Origin: an uncultured Roseibium sp.
GTDB taxonomy: Bacteria; Pseudomonadota; Alphaproteobacteria; Rhizobiales; Stappiaceae
Assembly (NCBI RefSeq): GCF_963675985.2
Contig: NZ_CAXXUC010000002.1
Location: 3,054,285 to 3,094,284, forward strand
Reading direction: 5' to 3'
Length of the DNA stretch: 40,000 nucleotides
Every line of letters begins with the position of its first letter. Within the stretch, counting starts at the first letter, position 1. The position numbers and the translations under genes are program-made. Below are positions 1 to 9,282 of this stretch, piece after piece. The notes beneath the pieces were generated by a model. It did no database searches. It was not told the origin of the DNA and saw only the letters and a program-made list of their open reading frames with translations.

Positions 1-359
1 AAGATCTCGAAGCCGCGAGGTCCTTTCTCCGCATCGCGCCAGGTGCACATTTGATCGCGACCGGCTGTTCGCTGGAAGACACGCCCCCCGGCCACATTGA
101 AAGCGTCATTCTCGGCGCTGAAGGCGCAAGCCGCCATCCGGTGAAGCACCTGCCGGTCGCGCTGCCGGGAACGGGCGATCTGTTCGCCGGGCTGATCGTC
201 GCGGGGCGCGCGCGCGGATTGCCCCTGACGCAAACCGTGGAAGCGGCGCAGCGCCTCACGTCGCGCGCGCTGGACCACGCCCGCGCCCTCGGCGCCGGGG
301 AAGTTGTGCTCAGCGAACCGGAATTCCGCCGCGAGCTTCTGACTGTTGATGCCCGCTGA
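1..359 (+). CDS. pyridoxal/pyridoxamine kinase-like protein (ribokinase superfamily), C-terminal fragment; 5' end lies outside the window
   Basis: Frame 3 is open from the window edge to the stop at 357-359. The LPGTGDLFAGL motif resembles the GTGD motif of PdxK/PdxY-type kinases. Confidence 0.6.
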   Translation, partial: DLEAARSFLRIAPGAHLIATGCSLEDTPPGHIESVILGAEGASRHPVKHLPVALPGTGDLFAGLIVAGRARGLPLTQTVEAAQRLTSRALDHARALGAGEVVLSEPEFRRELLTVDAR

Positions 360-545
360 CCCTTGCCCGTCGATACGTCCGGCATAACCGACAGTCATAT
401 CGTGGAGAACGGACGCTCGCCGCGCCGACCGAATTCAGAAAAAAGGCTCCAATCACCCGGTCAAGGAAGGGCTGCTTCGGAAGCTGTGACCGGAACAGGA
501 TCTGAACGGCCCCGCACGATAGAGCACCCGTTCCGGCTGACCTGT

Positions 546-1208
546 TCAAACGCCCTGCTCGATCCCGAATGACAGCAGGAAGCGGTCCACAGCCCTTGAA
601 ATGGCCTCGGATGGATCGTCCGGGCACGGCATGCGGTAGATGTGCTGACGGATGCCGATGTAGACGATGCCGCCGTGCAGGTTCCAGATGTCTTCCATCA
701 CCGGCACTTCATCCGACCGCGCCGCGAGCTCGAGTTCGCCAAGCAACGGCCGCAGAATCACGTCGCCCAGGTGCTTGAGGTAGCGCCGATTAAGCTGTGC
801 GCCGTAGAGACCGGAAAACATGAAGATCCGCATCCACTCATACTGGAAGATGAGGGTGCTGTACTCGGTATAGAAGTCGAGCAGCCGCTGCCTGAGCGAC
901 ACCGAACGGTCGGTGAGACGGGTGGGCCAGTCGGGCGACAGGCGGTTGAGATAGACCTGCTCATAAACCGCCTCGATCAGGTCGTCCTTGGTCGCGAAAT
1001 AGTTGAACAGAAGCGATTGCGTCACGCCAAGCCGCTTGGCGAGATCACGTGTGTTTCCCTCCAGTCCGACCTCTGCGAAGAAAGCGACGGCGCCGTCGAC
1101 GATCTGCTGGCGGCGCTCGCCGGGAGGCAATCTCCGGCGGCTCGACCGCTCGTCACACTCAGCGATTTTTGCCATTCCGTTCGCATCCTTCTTTCGGCGC
1201 TCCGTCAT
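546..1208 (-). CDS. TetR family transcriptional regulator
   Basis: 220 aa. N-terminal HTH segment TRDLAKRLGVTQSLLFNYFATKDDL. Divergent from the Mo-hydroxylase/TRAP operon. Confidence 0.9.
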   Translation of the reverse strand: MTERRKKDANGMAKIAECDERSSRRRLPPGERRQQIVDGAVAFFAEVGLEGNTRDLAKRLGVTQSLLFNYFATKDDLIEAVYEQVYLNRLSPDWPTRLTDRSVSLRQRLLDFYTEYSTLIFQYEWMRIFMFSGLYGAQLNRRYLKHLGDVILRPLLGELELAARSDEVPVMEDIWNLHGGIVYIGIRQHIYRMPCPDDPSEAISRAVDRFLLSFGIEQGV

Positions 1209-1256
1209 ACGTCACGAAATATTCTACTTGCAATCTTTCGCTTTTTATAGATCATT

Positions 1257-1288
1257 TGCTCAATAAGACTGAGCATCTGCTCAATAAG
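1257..1288. promoter_or_regulatory. candidate TetR operator in the divergent promoter region
   Basis: The 11-mer TGCTCAATAAG occurs twice (1257-1267 and 1278-1288), 21 bp apart. The first copy is also part of the inverted repeat TGCTCA-N7-TGAGCA (1257-1275). Confidence 0.4.
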
Positions 1289-1326
1289 CGGCGCGAGGAG
1301 GCGTCGCAACAAGGGAGGGAGACGCC

Positions 1327-2160
1327 ATGAAGGCATCGGCGGGCGGCTATGCGCGTGCATCCGACGTGCGGCAGGCCTTGGAAATGCTTGCCGCCAGCGA
1401 TGGTAGCGGTCGTGTTCTTGCGGGCGGTCAGAGCCTGATCGCCGCGATGAACATGCGGCTTTCCACAGGCGACATTCTGGTCGATATCTCGCGCATCGAG
1501 GAACTGGCCGGTGTCCGGGAAACACCCGACAGCCTTTGGATCGGCGCGCTGACGCCACATGCGGAGATCGGGCGCAACGCCCTCATCCGCGAGCATGCCC
1601 CTCTCCTTTCCCAGGCCGTCACGTTTATCGCCCATGCGGCAATCCGCAATCGCGGAACGATCGGCGGCGCGCTCGCCCATGCGGATCCGGCCGCGGAGTT
1701 TCCGGCTTGCATCCTGGCGCTCGGCGCGACCCTTCATGTGGAAGGACTGGACGGCACCCGCGACATCCCGGCTGAGGACTTCTTCCAGGACATTTTCGAG
1801 ACAGCCATCCAGGAAGGCGAAATCCTGACGGGCATCTCGATCCCGAAGGCCGGACCGGACGAACGTCAGACGATCACCGAAGTCGCCCGCCGCTCCGGCG
1901 ATTACGCGCTTGCCGGCGTCTGCCTGGTGAAGCGCTCGGGAAAACACCGGCTGTCGCTGTTTTCCGTCGCCCCCAAACCGGTTCTGGCCGCTCAGGCCAT
2001 GGCCGCGCTTGACCAGGGCGACGTCGATGGCGCCGTCCAGGCGCTGCAGGCGGACATCGATCCGTCGTCCGACACACAGGCAACAGCCACCTATCGCCGT
2101 CATCTTGCCGGCACCCTGCTGCGGCGTGCCGTGGCAACGATCCGGGGAGAAAGCGAATGA
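1327..2160 (+). CDS. molybdenum hydroxylase (xanthine dehydrogenase/CoxM family) FAD-binding medium subunit
   Basis: 277 aa. AGGQSL motif near the N-terminus. GGGAGGGAG ribosome-binding site upstream of the ATG. ATGA overlap with the next gene. Confidence 0.9.
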   Translation: MKASAGGYARASDVRQALEMLAASDGSGRVLAGGQSLIAAMNMRLSTGDILVDISRIEELAGVRETPDSLWIGALTPHAEIGRNALIREHAPLLSQAVTFIAHAAIRNRGTIGGALAHADPAAEFPACILALGATLHVEGLDGTRDIPAEDFFQDIFETAIQEGEILTGISIPKAGPDERQTITEVARRSGDYALAGVCLVKRSGKHRLSLFSVAPKPVLAAQAMAALDQGDVDGAVQALQADIDPSSDTQATATYRRHLAGTLLRRAVATIRGESE

Positions 2161-2657
2161 CCGAACAATTTCGGGACAAGGTCGACATCGCGCTGACGGT
2201 AAACGGCGAGCCGGTCGAGGCGCGCGTCCCGGCAGGCCAGCACCTTGTGGACTTCCTGCGCACATCCCTCGGCCTGACCGGGGCCCATGCCAGCTGCGAA
2301 CACGGTGTTTGCGGCGCCTGCACCGTGCAGGTCGACGGCAAGGCGGTGCGCGGCTGCCTGATGCTTGCAGCCCAAGCCGACGGTACCGAGGTCTGGACCG
2401 TGGAAGGCCTGTCGGACACGGCCGAAATCAACGACCTGCAGGACGCCTTCGTTGCGCGCAATGCGCTCCAGTGCGGCTTCTGCACCCCCGGAATGCTCGT
2501 CGCGGCGAAAGAATTGCTCGCCGGCGGAGGTGTTCCCTCTCGCGCCGACATCCGGGAACACCTGTCTGGAAACTACTGTCGCTGCACGGGATACGAAGCC
2601 ATCGTGGATGCGGTTGAGACCGTGGCCCGCACACGCGCCGAAAGGGGGGCGGCATGA
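2157..2657 (+). CDS. molybdenum hydroxylase [2Fe-2S]-binding small subunit (CoxS family)
   Basis: 166 aa. Plant-type cluster motif CEHGVCGACTVQVDGKAVRGC (C-x4-C-x2-C-x11-C). Second cluster motif CGFCTPGM ... CRCTGY. Confidence 0.95.
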   Translation: MTEQFRDKVDIALTVNGEPVEARVPAGQHLVDFLRTSLGLTGAHASCEHGVCGACTVQVDGKAVRGCLMLAAQADGTEVWTVEGLSDTAEINDLQDAFVARNALQCGFCTPGMLVAAKELLAGGGVPSRADIREHLSGNYCRCTGYEAIVDAVETVARTRAERGAA

Positions 2658-5035
2658 CTATTCAATTCGGAAATCCGGACCGTCCCAATTCCTACATAGG
2701 CAAGACGGTTCCCCGTCCGAACGCCAAACGGCTCGTTCAAGGGCGCGGCATCTATGTCGACGACATCGTGCTGCCTCGTCTTGTTCACGTCGCCTTCGTC
2801 CGCTCCCCATTCGCGCATGCAAAGATCAACGGCATCGATGCCGGCGAAGCGCTGAACGTCAAAGGCGTTCTGAAGGTCTTTACAGGCGAAGACATTGCCA
2901 AGGTGTGCACGCCCTGGGTGGCCGTTCTCGCCCATCTGAAAGGCCTGAAGTCGCCTCCCGAATATCCGATCGCCGTGGACCGGGCCTGCTGGGTGGGAGA
3001 GCCCGTCGCGGCCGTGGTCGCGACCTCGCGCGCAGCCGCCGAAGACGGCGCGGCCCTGATCGATGTGGACTACGAGCCGCTGGCGGCCGTCACCGACATG
3101 ATGACCGCGCTTGACCCCGACACGCCGGTGCTCCACGAGGACATGGGCGATAACCTCGCCTTCGAGCGCCTGCACGAGCAAGGCGATGTCGACGCGGCGC
3201 TGAAGTCCGCTCACAAGGTCATATCGGCACGTTTCGTCACCGGCCGGCACACGGGCGTAACGCTGGAACCGCGCTCCATCCTGGTCGACTGGAACCCGGC
3301 CGAAGAACAGATGACCGCCTATCATGCGACCCAGGCACCGCACATGATCCAGACGGTGCTGGCGGAGCATCTCGGCCTGCCGGAAGGCAATGTCCGGGTC
3401 ATCTGCGAGGATGTTGGCGGATCCTATGGCATCAAGGTCCATGTCTATCCGGACGAAGTGGCAACAGCGGCCATTGCAAAGATCATGGGCCGGCCCGTCA
3501 AATTCGTGGCCGACCGGTTGGAGAGCTTCACCAGCGACATCCACGCCCGCGATCATGAAATCGAAGCGAAGATCGCGGTCCAGGAAGACGGCACGATCGT
3601 CGCCATGGACGTAGACGACTGGACGGCGATCGGCGCCTATTCGGTCTATCCCCGCACCTCCGCCATCGAAGGCAACCAGGTGGTGAACCTCTGCGGCGGG
3701 CCTTACGACTTCAAGCACTACCGCGCGAAGACGACGGTCGTATTCCAGAACAAGACGCCGACCTGCCAATACCGCGCGGTGGGTCACCCCATCGCGGTTG
3801 CGATCACGGAAGGGCTCGTCGACATGGCGGCTGCGGAGATCGGGATGGATCCGGTCGAAATCCGCCGGCGCAACATGTTCCGGGACGATGCCTATCCGGC
3901 GACCTCCCCCGCAAACATGCGGTTCGAGGGCCTGTCGCACCACGCTTCGCTGAACAAGCTCCTGGAGCTGATGGATTACGATGGTCTCAGGGCCGAGCAG
4001 GCGGAGCTGCGCAAGAGGGGCATCCATCGCGGTATCGGGATTGCCAGCTTCATCGAGCTGACCAACCCCTCCCCGTTCATGTACGGCATCGGCGGCGCGC
4101 GGATCTCCGCCCAGGACGGATGCACGGTGCGGATGGATCCTGACGGTTCGGTCGTGGCCCTGTCCGGCGTGACGGAACAGGGCCAGGGAACCGAGGCGAT
4201 GCTGAGCCAGGTGGTGGCCGAAGGGGTGGGCGTATCACCCTCCAGGGTCCGTGTGATCACCGGCGATACCCAGGTCACGCCTTACGGAGGCGGAACATGG
4301 GCCTCGCGCGGGGCCGGTATCGGCGGCGAGGCTGCCCTGCAGGCGGCCCGCGCGCTTCGCGACTCGATCCTCGAAGTGGCGGCGGCAATGCTCCAGGCCG
4401 AGCAATCGAAGCTCGATATCCGGGAGGGCGCCGTCGTCGACAGTGCTACGGACGAGGCCCGGATGCCGCTGGAGGAACTGGGCCGGATCGTCTATTTCCG
4501 CGGGGATACGCTGCCGAAGGGGCTGCCGCGCGAACTGGTGCAAACCCGGCACTACATCACCTCCGACTATCCGTTTGCCTTCACCAACGGTATTCAGGCC
4601 TCCTACCTGGAGGTCGATACCGATACCGGGATCGTCAAGCTTCTCAAGCATTGGTGCGTCGAGGATTGCGGACGGGTGATCAACCCGCAGCTCGTCGACG
4701 AACAGATCCGCGGCGGGATTGTTCAGGGCCTTGGCGGCGCCCTGTTCGAGGAAATCCACTATGACGCCGACGGCCAGCTCCTGAACGGATCCATGGCGGA
4801 CTATCTGGTTCCCATGGCCGCCGAAATGCCCGACATGATTATCGGCCACGTGGAGACGCCGACGCAGGAAAGCATGCTCGGCGCCAAGGGCGCCGGGGAA
4901 GCGGGAACGGCCGGGTCTCCGGCTGCCGTCATGAATGCGATCAACGATGCCTTGCGGCCCATGGGCGCGCAGGTCACCGAAATGCCGTTCACGCCTGAAC
5001 GGATCCTTCGGGCACTTGGGGCCCTGAAAGACTGA
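2654..5035 (+). CDS. molybdopterin-binding large subunit of a xanthine dehydrogenase family hydroxylase
   Basis: 793 aa. ATGA overlap with the small-subunit gene. The active-site loop region reads CQYRAVGHP, which lacks the Cys of the CODH loop VAYRCSFR. Confidence 0.9.
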   Translation: MTIQFGNPDRPNSYIGKTVPRPNAKRLVQGRGIYVDDIVLPRLVHVAFVRSPFAHAKINGIDAGEALNVKGVLKVFTGEDIAKVCTPWVAVLAHLKGLKSPPEYPIAVDRACWVGEPVAAVVATSRAAAEDGAALIDVDYEPLAAVTDMMTALDPDTPVLHEDMGDNLAFERLHEQGDVDAALKSAHKVISARFVTGRHTGVTLEPRSILVDWNPAEEQMTAYHATQAPHMIQTVLAEHLGLPEGNVRVICEDVGGSYGIKVHVYPDEVATAAIAKIMGRPVKFVADRLESFTSDIHARDHEIEAKIAVQEDGTIVAMDVDDWTAIGAYSVYPRTSAIEGNQVVNLCGGPYDFKHYRAKTTVVFQNKTPTCQYRAVGHPIAVAITEGLVDMAAAEIGMDPVEIRRRNMFRDDAYPATSPANMRFEGLSHHASLNKLLELMDYDGLRAEQAELRKRGIHRGIGIASFIELTNPSPFMYGIGGARISAQDGCTVRMDPDGSVVALSGVTEQGQGTEAMLSQVVAEGVGVSPSRVRVITGDTQVTPYGGGTWASRGAGIGGEAALQAARALRDSILEVAAAMLQAEQSKLDIREGAVVDSATDEARMPLEELGRIVYFRGDTLPKGLPRELVQTRHYITSDYPFAFTNGIQASYLEVDTDTGIVKLLKHWCVEDCGRVINPQLVDEQIRGGIVQGLGGALFEEIHYDADGQLLNGSMADYLVPMAAEMPDMIIGHVETPTQESMLGAKGAGEAGTAGSPAAVMNAINDALRPMGAQVTEMPFTPERILRALGALKD

Positions 5036-5082
5036 AGCAATTGGGGCTTGGGAGGAAAAGCCCCGTAACCTGGGAGGAAATC

Positions 5083-6138
5083 ATGAAGTTCATTACCTTG
5101 GCGACCGCGACGGCCATCGTCGCCTGTTCCGCCGGCTTCGCCGCCGCGCAACAGACCATAACCGTGAATATCGGTTCATCGCACCCGGAACAGAACATCT
5201 GGGTCTATGCGATGAAGAACACGTTCGAACCGGAAGTGAACCGCATTCTGGAAGCCGCCGGCGAGTACAAGATCAACTGGGTCGAGTCCTACGGCGGCAC
5301 GCTTTACAAGTTCACCGATACCCGTGAAGCCGTCATGGACGGCATCGTCGACGTCGGCATGGTCGGCACGGTCTGGGAAGGCGCCAACATGCCGCTCCAG
5401 AACGTGACCTATTTCACGCCTTTCGCCACCGAAGACCACAAGATGATCATCGAGATTTTCGATGATCTGTCGGAAAACCTGCCCGAGCTTCGCGACAGCT
5501 GGGCCGAAAACGGCATGGTTCACCTGTCGTCGCTGATCACCGACAGCTACGACATCTACGCGACCTTCCCGGTCAACTCGATGGGTGACCTCGCCAACCG
5601 GAAGCTGAACGCACCCGGAACGTCGGCGAACTGGCTGCGCGGCACAGGCGCTACGCCGGTCGATGGCGCGCTCACGACCTATTACACCAATATCCAGACG
5701 GGCGTGACCGAAGGCACGCTGTCGTTTGCGTCCGGCATTCTGCCGACCCGCGTCTACGAAGTCGCGCCGGAACTCACCCGCGTGGGCATCGGCTCGATGT
5801 ATTTCGGCGGCATCGCGGCCAACAAGGATTTCTTCGAGGGCCTGCCCGAGCCGGTCCAGAAGGCCTTCCGCGAAGCGGCCAAGGCAACCTCCCAGGCCCA
5901 TGGCCAGTATGTCGAGGATCTTGCCAAGCGCGCTCTGACCGAAATGCAGGCCGCAGGCCTGACGATCCACGAACTGCCGGAAGCCGAAAAGACGGCCTGG
6001 GTCAACGGCCTGCCCAATATCGTGGAGCCGTGGCTCGAGCAGACCGGCGATGCCGGGCGCGTGGTTCTGAAGGCTTATTTCGATGCGCTGCGCGCGCATG
6101 GCGCCGAGCCGTTGAGGGCCTGGGACGAAGGCCTCTAA
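5083..6138 (+). CDS. TRAP transporter substrate-binding protein (DctP family)
   Basis: Start moved to the ATG at 5083, giving the signal peptide MKFITLATATAIVACSAGFAAAQ. It lies 47 nt after the hydroxylase gene and directly before the DctQ- and DctM-type genes. Confidence 0.85.
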   Translation: MKFITLATATAIVACSAGFAAAQQTITVNIGSSHPEQNIWVYAMKNTFEPEVNRILEAAGEYKINWVESYGGTLYKFTDTREAVMDGIVDVGMVGTVWEGANMPLQNVTYFTPFATEDHKMIIEIFDDLSENLPELRDSWAENGMVHLSSLITDSYDIYATFPVNSMGDLANRKLNAPGTSANWLRGTGATPVDGALTTYYTNIQTGVTEGTLSFASGILPTRVYEVAPELTRVGIGSMYFGGIAANKDFFEGLPEPVQKAFREAAKATSQAHGQYVEDLAKRALTEMQAAGLTIHELPEAEKTAWVNGLPNIVEPWLEQTGDAGRVVLKAYFDALRAHGAEPLRAWDEGL

Positions 6139-6159
6139 GATCAGCCTGAGTTCACGTTG

Positions 6160-6191
6160 CACCCGCCCGGGGTCTGTCCGGGCGGGTGTTT
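6160..6191 (+). terminator. intercistronic GC-rich stem-loop (partial terminator or mRNA stabiliser) between the TRAP SBP gene and the membrane-subunit genes
   Basis: Perfect 11-bp stem CACCCGCCCGG (6160-6170) / CCGGGCGGGTG (6178-6188) with a 7-nt loop, followed by TTT. Confidence 0.55.
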
Positions 6192-6201
6192 GCAGATTGA
6201 A

Positions 6202-6777
6202 ATGGATGCGACGATGACCGACGACACCAATGCCGAAACCGACGACGCCTTCGTCCCGGCCTTCTCGGAGGCGCCTTTCGGCGCGGCCCTCGGCAGTCTG
6301 GCCGCCATCATGTCATCCGTCGGCACGCTCGCCATCGGAGCGCTCATGGTGCTCATCGTCGTGGATGTGCTGGGGCGCAACTTCTTCAATGCGCCGATTA
6401 CCGGGGTCGCGGAAATCGCGGGCCGCGCCGTTGTCGCCATCGTCTTCCTGCAGGTGGCCGCCGCGATATTGCAGAAACGCCTGACCCGCGCCGATTTTCT
6501 GATCCGTCGTCTTCAGGGCGTTTCGCCAAAGGGCGTATGCCTGATCGAAGCGCTGTTTTGCATTGCCGGGATGATCGTGTTCGCGCTGATCGTCTGGGCC
6601 TCCTGGCCGAAACTGGCGAGCGCCTGGGCGACATCGGAATTCTTCGGCGTCCAGGGCGTTTTCACCATTCCGACCTGGCCCTTCAGGGGCATCACGGTTT
6701 TGGGGTCCGCAGTCGCGGTCCTCGCCGCGCTTTATCGCGCGCAAGATGAAATCCGCAAGTTCCGGAGCCTGCCATGA
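6202..6777 (+). CDS. TRAP transporter small permease (DctQ family)
   Basis: Hydrophobic protein of about 190 aa. The start is placed at the first ATG after the hairpin (6202; 6214 is also possible). ATGA overlap with the DctM gene at 6774-6777. Confidence 0.8.
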   Translation: MDATMTDDTNAETDDAFVPAFSEAPFGAALGSLAAIMSSVGTLAIGALMVLIVVDVLGRNFFNAPITGVAEIAGRAVVAIVFLQVAAAILQKRLTRADFLIRRLQGVSPKGVCLIEALFCIAGMIVFALIVWASWPKLASAWATSEFFGVQGVFTIPTWPFRGITVLGSAVAVLAALYRAQDEIRKFRSLP

Positions 6778-8102
6778 CCACCCTGACCATCGGCCTCCTG
6801 CTTGTCGGTGCGCTGATCCTGCTGGTCCTGCTTGGGATGCAGATCGCCTACGCGCTGTTCCTGGTGGCCTTCGCCGGCATCTGGATCATTCGGCACAATG
6901 TCGATCTCGCCTTTCGCATGCTGGAACTGACCGCCTACAGCGGGATCGCGGATTATCTTTTCGCGACGATTCCGCTGTTCGTGCTGATGGGGCTTCTCGT
7001 CAGCGTCTCGAACGTCGGGCGGGATACGTTCGAAGTGGCCGAGGAACTGCTTCGCCGCGTCGTCTGCGGACTTGGCGTGGCGACCGTTGCGGCCAACACG
7101 ATCTTTGCCGCCGTGACCGGCGTTTCCATCGCTTCGGCGGCGGTTTTCACCCGTGTCGCGGTTCCGGAAATGAAGCGCCACGGCTATCGCTCGGCGTTTT
7201 CCGCCGGCACCGTCGCGGGTTCGTCCGTGCTCGGCATGCTGATCCCGCCAAGCCTGCTGCTGATCATTTACGGCGTGCTTGCGGAAGTCTCCATCGGCGG
7301 CATGTTCCTCGCCGGCATCGTGCCCGGCCTGCTGCTCGCCGGCGGCTTCGTGGCAATGCTGATCTCCGTGACCCTGCTCTTTCCGGGGTTCGTGATGACC
7401 GACCCGGACGCCGCGAAGCAACGCCGGCAGGACCGCGATGTCGAAACCATGCCGCTCGGGCGAATGATCGCGAAGCTGTTGCCGATCATCCTGCTCGTCA
7501 TCCTGGTTCTCGGCGGACTTTACTCCGGCTTCTTTACGCCGACGGAGGCCGGTGGCGTGGGCGCGTTCGGTGCCCTGCTGGTTGCCCTCTCCCGGCGCTC
7601 CCTCGACCGTCACAATCTCTGGCAGGTGATGAAGCAGACGGGCGTCATCTCGGTTTCGATCCTGCTCCTCCTGATCGCGGCGAGCTATTATTCGCGCATG
7701 CTTTCGATCGCCGGGCTGCCTAATGCGATCGCAGGGCTGGTCAACCAGAGCGGTCTCGGCCCCATGGGATTCATGGTGCTCTGCTCCGGCCTCATCCTCC
7801 TCATGGGCATGATCCTGGACAGCACGTCGATCCTCCTGATCATGGTTCCGATTGCAGCGCCGATCGCGCAGGGCATGGGGATCGACCTAAGCCAATTCGG
7901 CATCGCAGTCGTGATCGCGGTGGAGATCGGCCTGCTCACGCCGCCGTTCGGGATCTCTGTGTTCACGGTCCACAACACGCTCAACGACCCGGACGTGTCC
8001 GTCGAACAAATCTTCGCCGGCACGCTGCCGTTCATCGCGGTAATGCTGTGCGTCCTGTTGCTCGTTATTCTGATCCCGGGAATCGCGACACTCTTTCTGT
8101 GA
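6774..8102 (+). CDS. TRAP transporter large permease (DctM family)
   Basis: 442-aa polytopic membrane protein, translationally coupled to the small permease. Confidence 0.9.
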   Translation: MTTLTIGLLLVGALILLVLLGMQIAYALFLVAFAGIWIIRHNVDLAFRMLELTAYSGIADYLFATIPLFVLMGLLVSVSNVGRDTFEVAEELLRRVVCGLGVATVAANTIFAAVTGVSIASAAVFTRVAVPEMKRHGYRSAFSAGTVAGSSVLGMLIPPSLLLIIYGVLAEVSIGGMFLAGIVPGLLLAGGFVAMLISVTLLFPGFVMTDPDAAKQRRQDRDVETMPLGRMIAKLLPIILLVILVLGGLYSGFFTPTEAGGVGAFGALLVALSRRSLDRHNLWQVMKQTGVISVSILLLLIAASYYSRMLSIAGLPNAIAGLVNQSGLGPMGFMVLCSGLILLMGMILDSTSILLIMVPIAAPIAQGMGIDLSQFGIAVVIAVEIGLLTPPFGISVFTVHNTLNDPDVSVEQIFAGTLPFIAVMLCVLLLVILIPGIATLFL

Positions 8103-8175
8103 TCGCAGGAGCGGAATTCGGAGCGGTGGCCGGTTCGAACGTGAAGACCGAACAGCGGATTGCCCGACCCGTGTT

Positions 8176-8988
8176 TCAGGACTGCAGCATCTGGCCGATG
8201 CTTCGGTAGATCATATAGCTCGCAACCACGAAAATCAGGCCGGCAAACAGGGTGTTCAAGGTGCCTTTTCGCGCCGACAATCGTTTGGCGAGCATTCCGC
8301 CGATGAGACCGCCGACAACACCGCCTCCGATAAAGACGGCCGCAAGCACCCAGTCGACATAGCCGGAGAGGGCATAGTTCAAGGCCGTTGTCAGGCCGAA
8401 TGCGGTGACGGCGACGAGCGACGAGCCGATTGCGAAAATGATCGGCATGCCGGTCGATGCAAGCAGGCCGGGCACGATCAAAAAACCGCCGCCAATACCG
8501 AAAAAGCCTGAGAAAATGCCGGTCAAGCCACCGAAACCCAGAACCTTGTGCGCGTTCTCGCGCGAGCATTGCGCCCCCGGATTTCCCTCCGCCCCGCGCT
8601 TGCGGAACATGAGGCCGCCGACCACGAACATGAGCAGGGCAAACAGCAGGAGAAGTTTCTGCCCGTCGACGATCTTGCCGACACTGGAGCCTATGAAGGC
8701 GCCGGCGATACCGGCGACACTGTAGACGGCTGCACACCGCCATTTGACGTTGCCGAGCCGGGCGTGGCTCAGGAGATTGGCAAAGGCATTGGCCGCGACG
8801 GCGAACGCACTCGTTCCGATGGCCATATGGGCACTTGGAACGCCGACGAGATAAACCATCAGAGGCACGGCCAGAACCGACCCGCCACCGCCGAACATGC
8901 CGAGCGTAAAACCCACCAGTCCGCCTGAGAGAATACCGAGACCGTATTGTATCGGTTCAAGATGCATCATCTGATCGCCGGCCTTCAT
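8176..8988 (-). CDS. TauE/SafE (TSUP) family anion permease
   Basis: 270-aa membrane protein with Gly-rich repeats GMFGGGGSVLAVP and GFFGIGGGFLIVP, typical of a two-repeat TSUP protein. The exact start is uncertain (MKAGDQMMH...). Confidence 0.8.
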   Translation of the reverse strand: MKAGDQMMHLEPIQYGLGILSGGLVGFTLGMFGGGGSVLAVPLMVYLVGVPSAHMAIGTSAFAVAANAFANLLSHARLGNVKWRCAAVYSVAGIAGAFIGSSVGKIVDGQKLLLLFALLMFVVGGLMFRKRGAEGNPGAQCSRENAHKVLGFGGLTGIFSGFFGIGGGFLIVPGLLASTGMPIIFAIGSSLVAVTAFGLTTALNYALSGYVDWVLAAVFIGGGVVGGLIGGMLAKRLSARKGTLNTLFAGLIFVVASYMIYRSIGQMLQS

Positions 8989-9180
8989 CCGGCCGGTCCA
9001 CTTGTTTTATCGACAGCAATCGCCCGAAGGCCTTTTTTGGTGGCCCTGTAACGCGGTCGCCGCTTTCCGGCGGGACCATAGTCGGAAGAATACTTTCATA
9101 CAATGTGAAATATAAATGTGATCGTTTTCAGGCCGCACCAACCGTCCGAGGGCACGCTTCCGCTCCCTCTCCCCGCAAAG

Positions 9181-9218
9181 AAAAAAGGCGCCGTCCCTTT
9201 CGGACGGCGCCTCATTTT
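9181..9218 (-). terminator. rho-independent terminator of ABC operon no. 1 (bidirectional shape)
   Basis: Stem AGGCGCCGTCC (9186-9196) / GGACGGCGCCT (9202-9212) with loop CTTTC. An A-run lies on the plus-strand 5' side, giving a T-run after the stem on the minus strand. It sits about 70 nt past the permease stop at 9283. Confidence 0.8.
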
Positions 9219-9282
9219 CACGAGCTGGCCTGATTTGCCGGCAGGTCAGACCCGGTAGCGGCCAGACTTTTGCCGTCCGACC

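Noticed and set aside
2573-4027. A 484-aa minus-strand ORF. Similar long antisense ORFs occur at 1252-2265, 5176-6162, 9880-11061, 14023-15303, 18533-19741, 25944-27059, 27883-28929, 37839-38684 and 38978-39862.
   Set aside because: Each lies opposite a gene with strong motif support. All have biased Arg/Pro/Gly/Ala composition, and none has a recognisable domain or a plausible ribosome-binding site. They are treated as GC-driven shadow ORFs.
1327-5035. Calling the CoxM/CoxS/CoxL-like genes an aerobic carbon monoxide dehydrogenase.
   Set aside because: The large subunit lacks the CODH active-site loop (VAYRCSFR with its catalytic Cys) and reads CQYRAVGHP instead. No coxDEFG-type accessory genes are present. 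The operon is fused to an organic-acid-type TRAP transporter.
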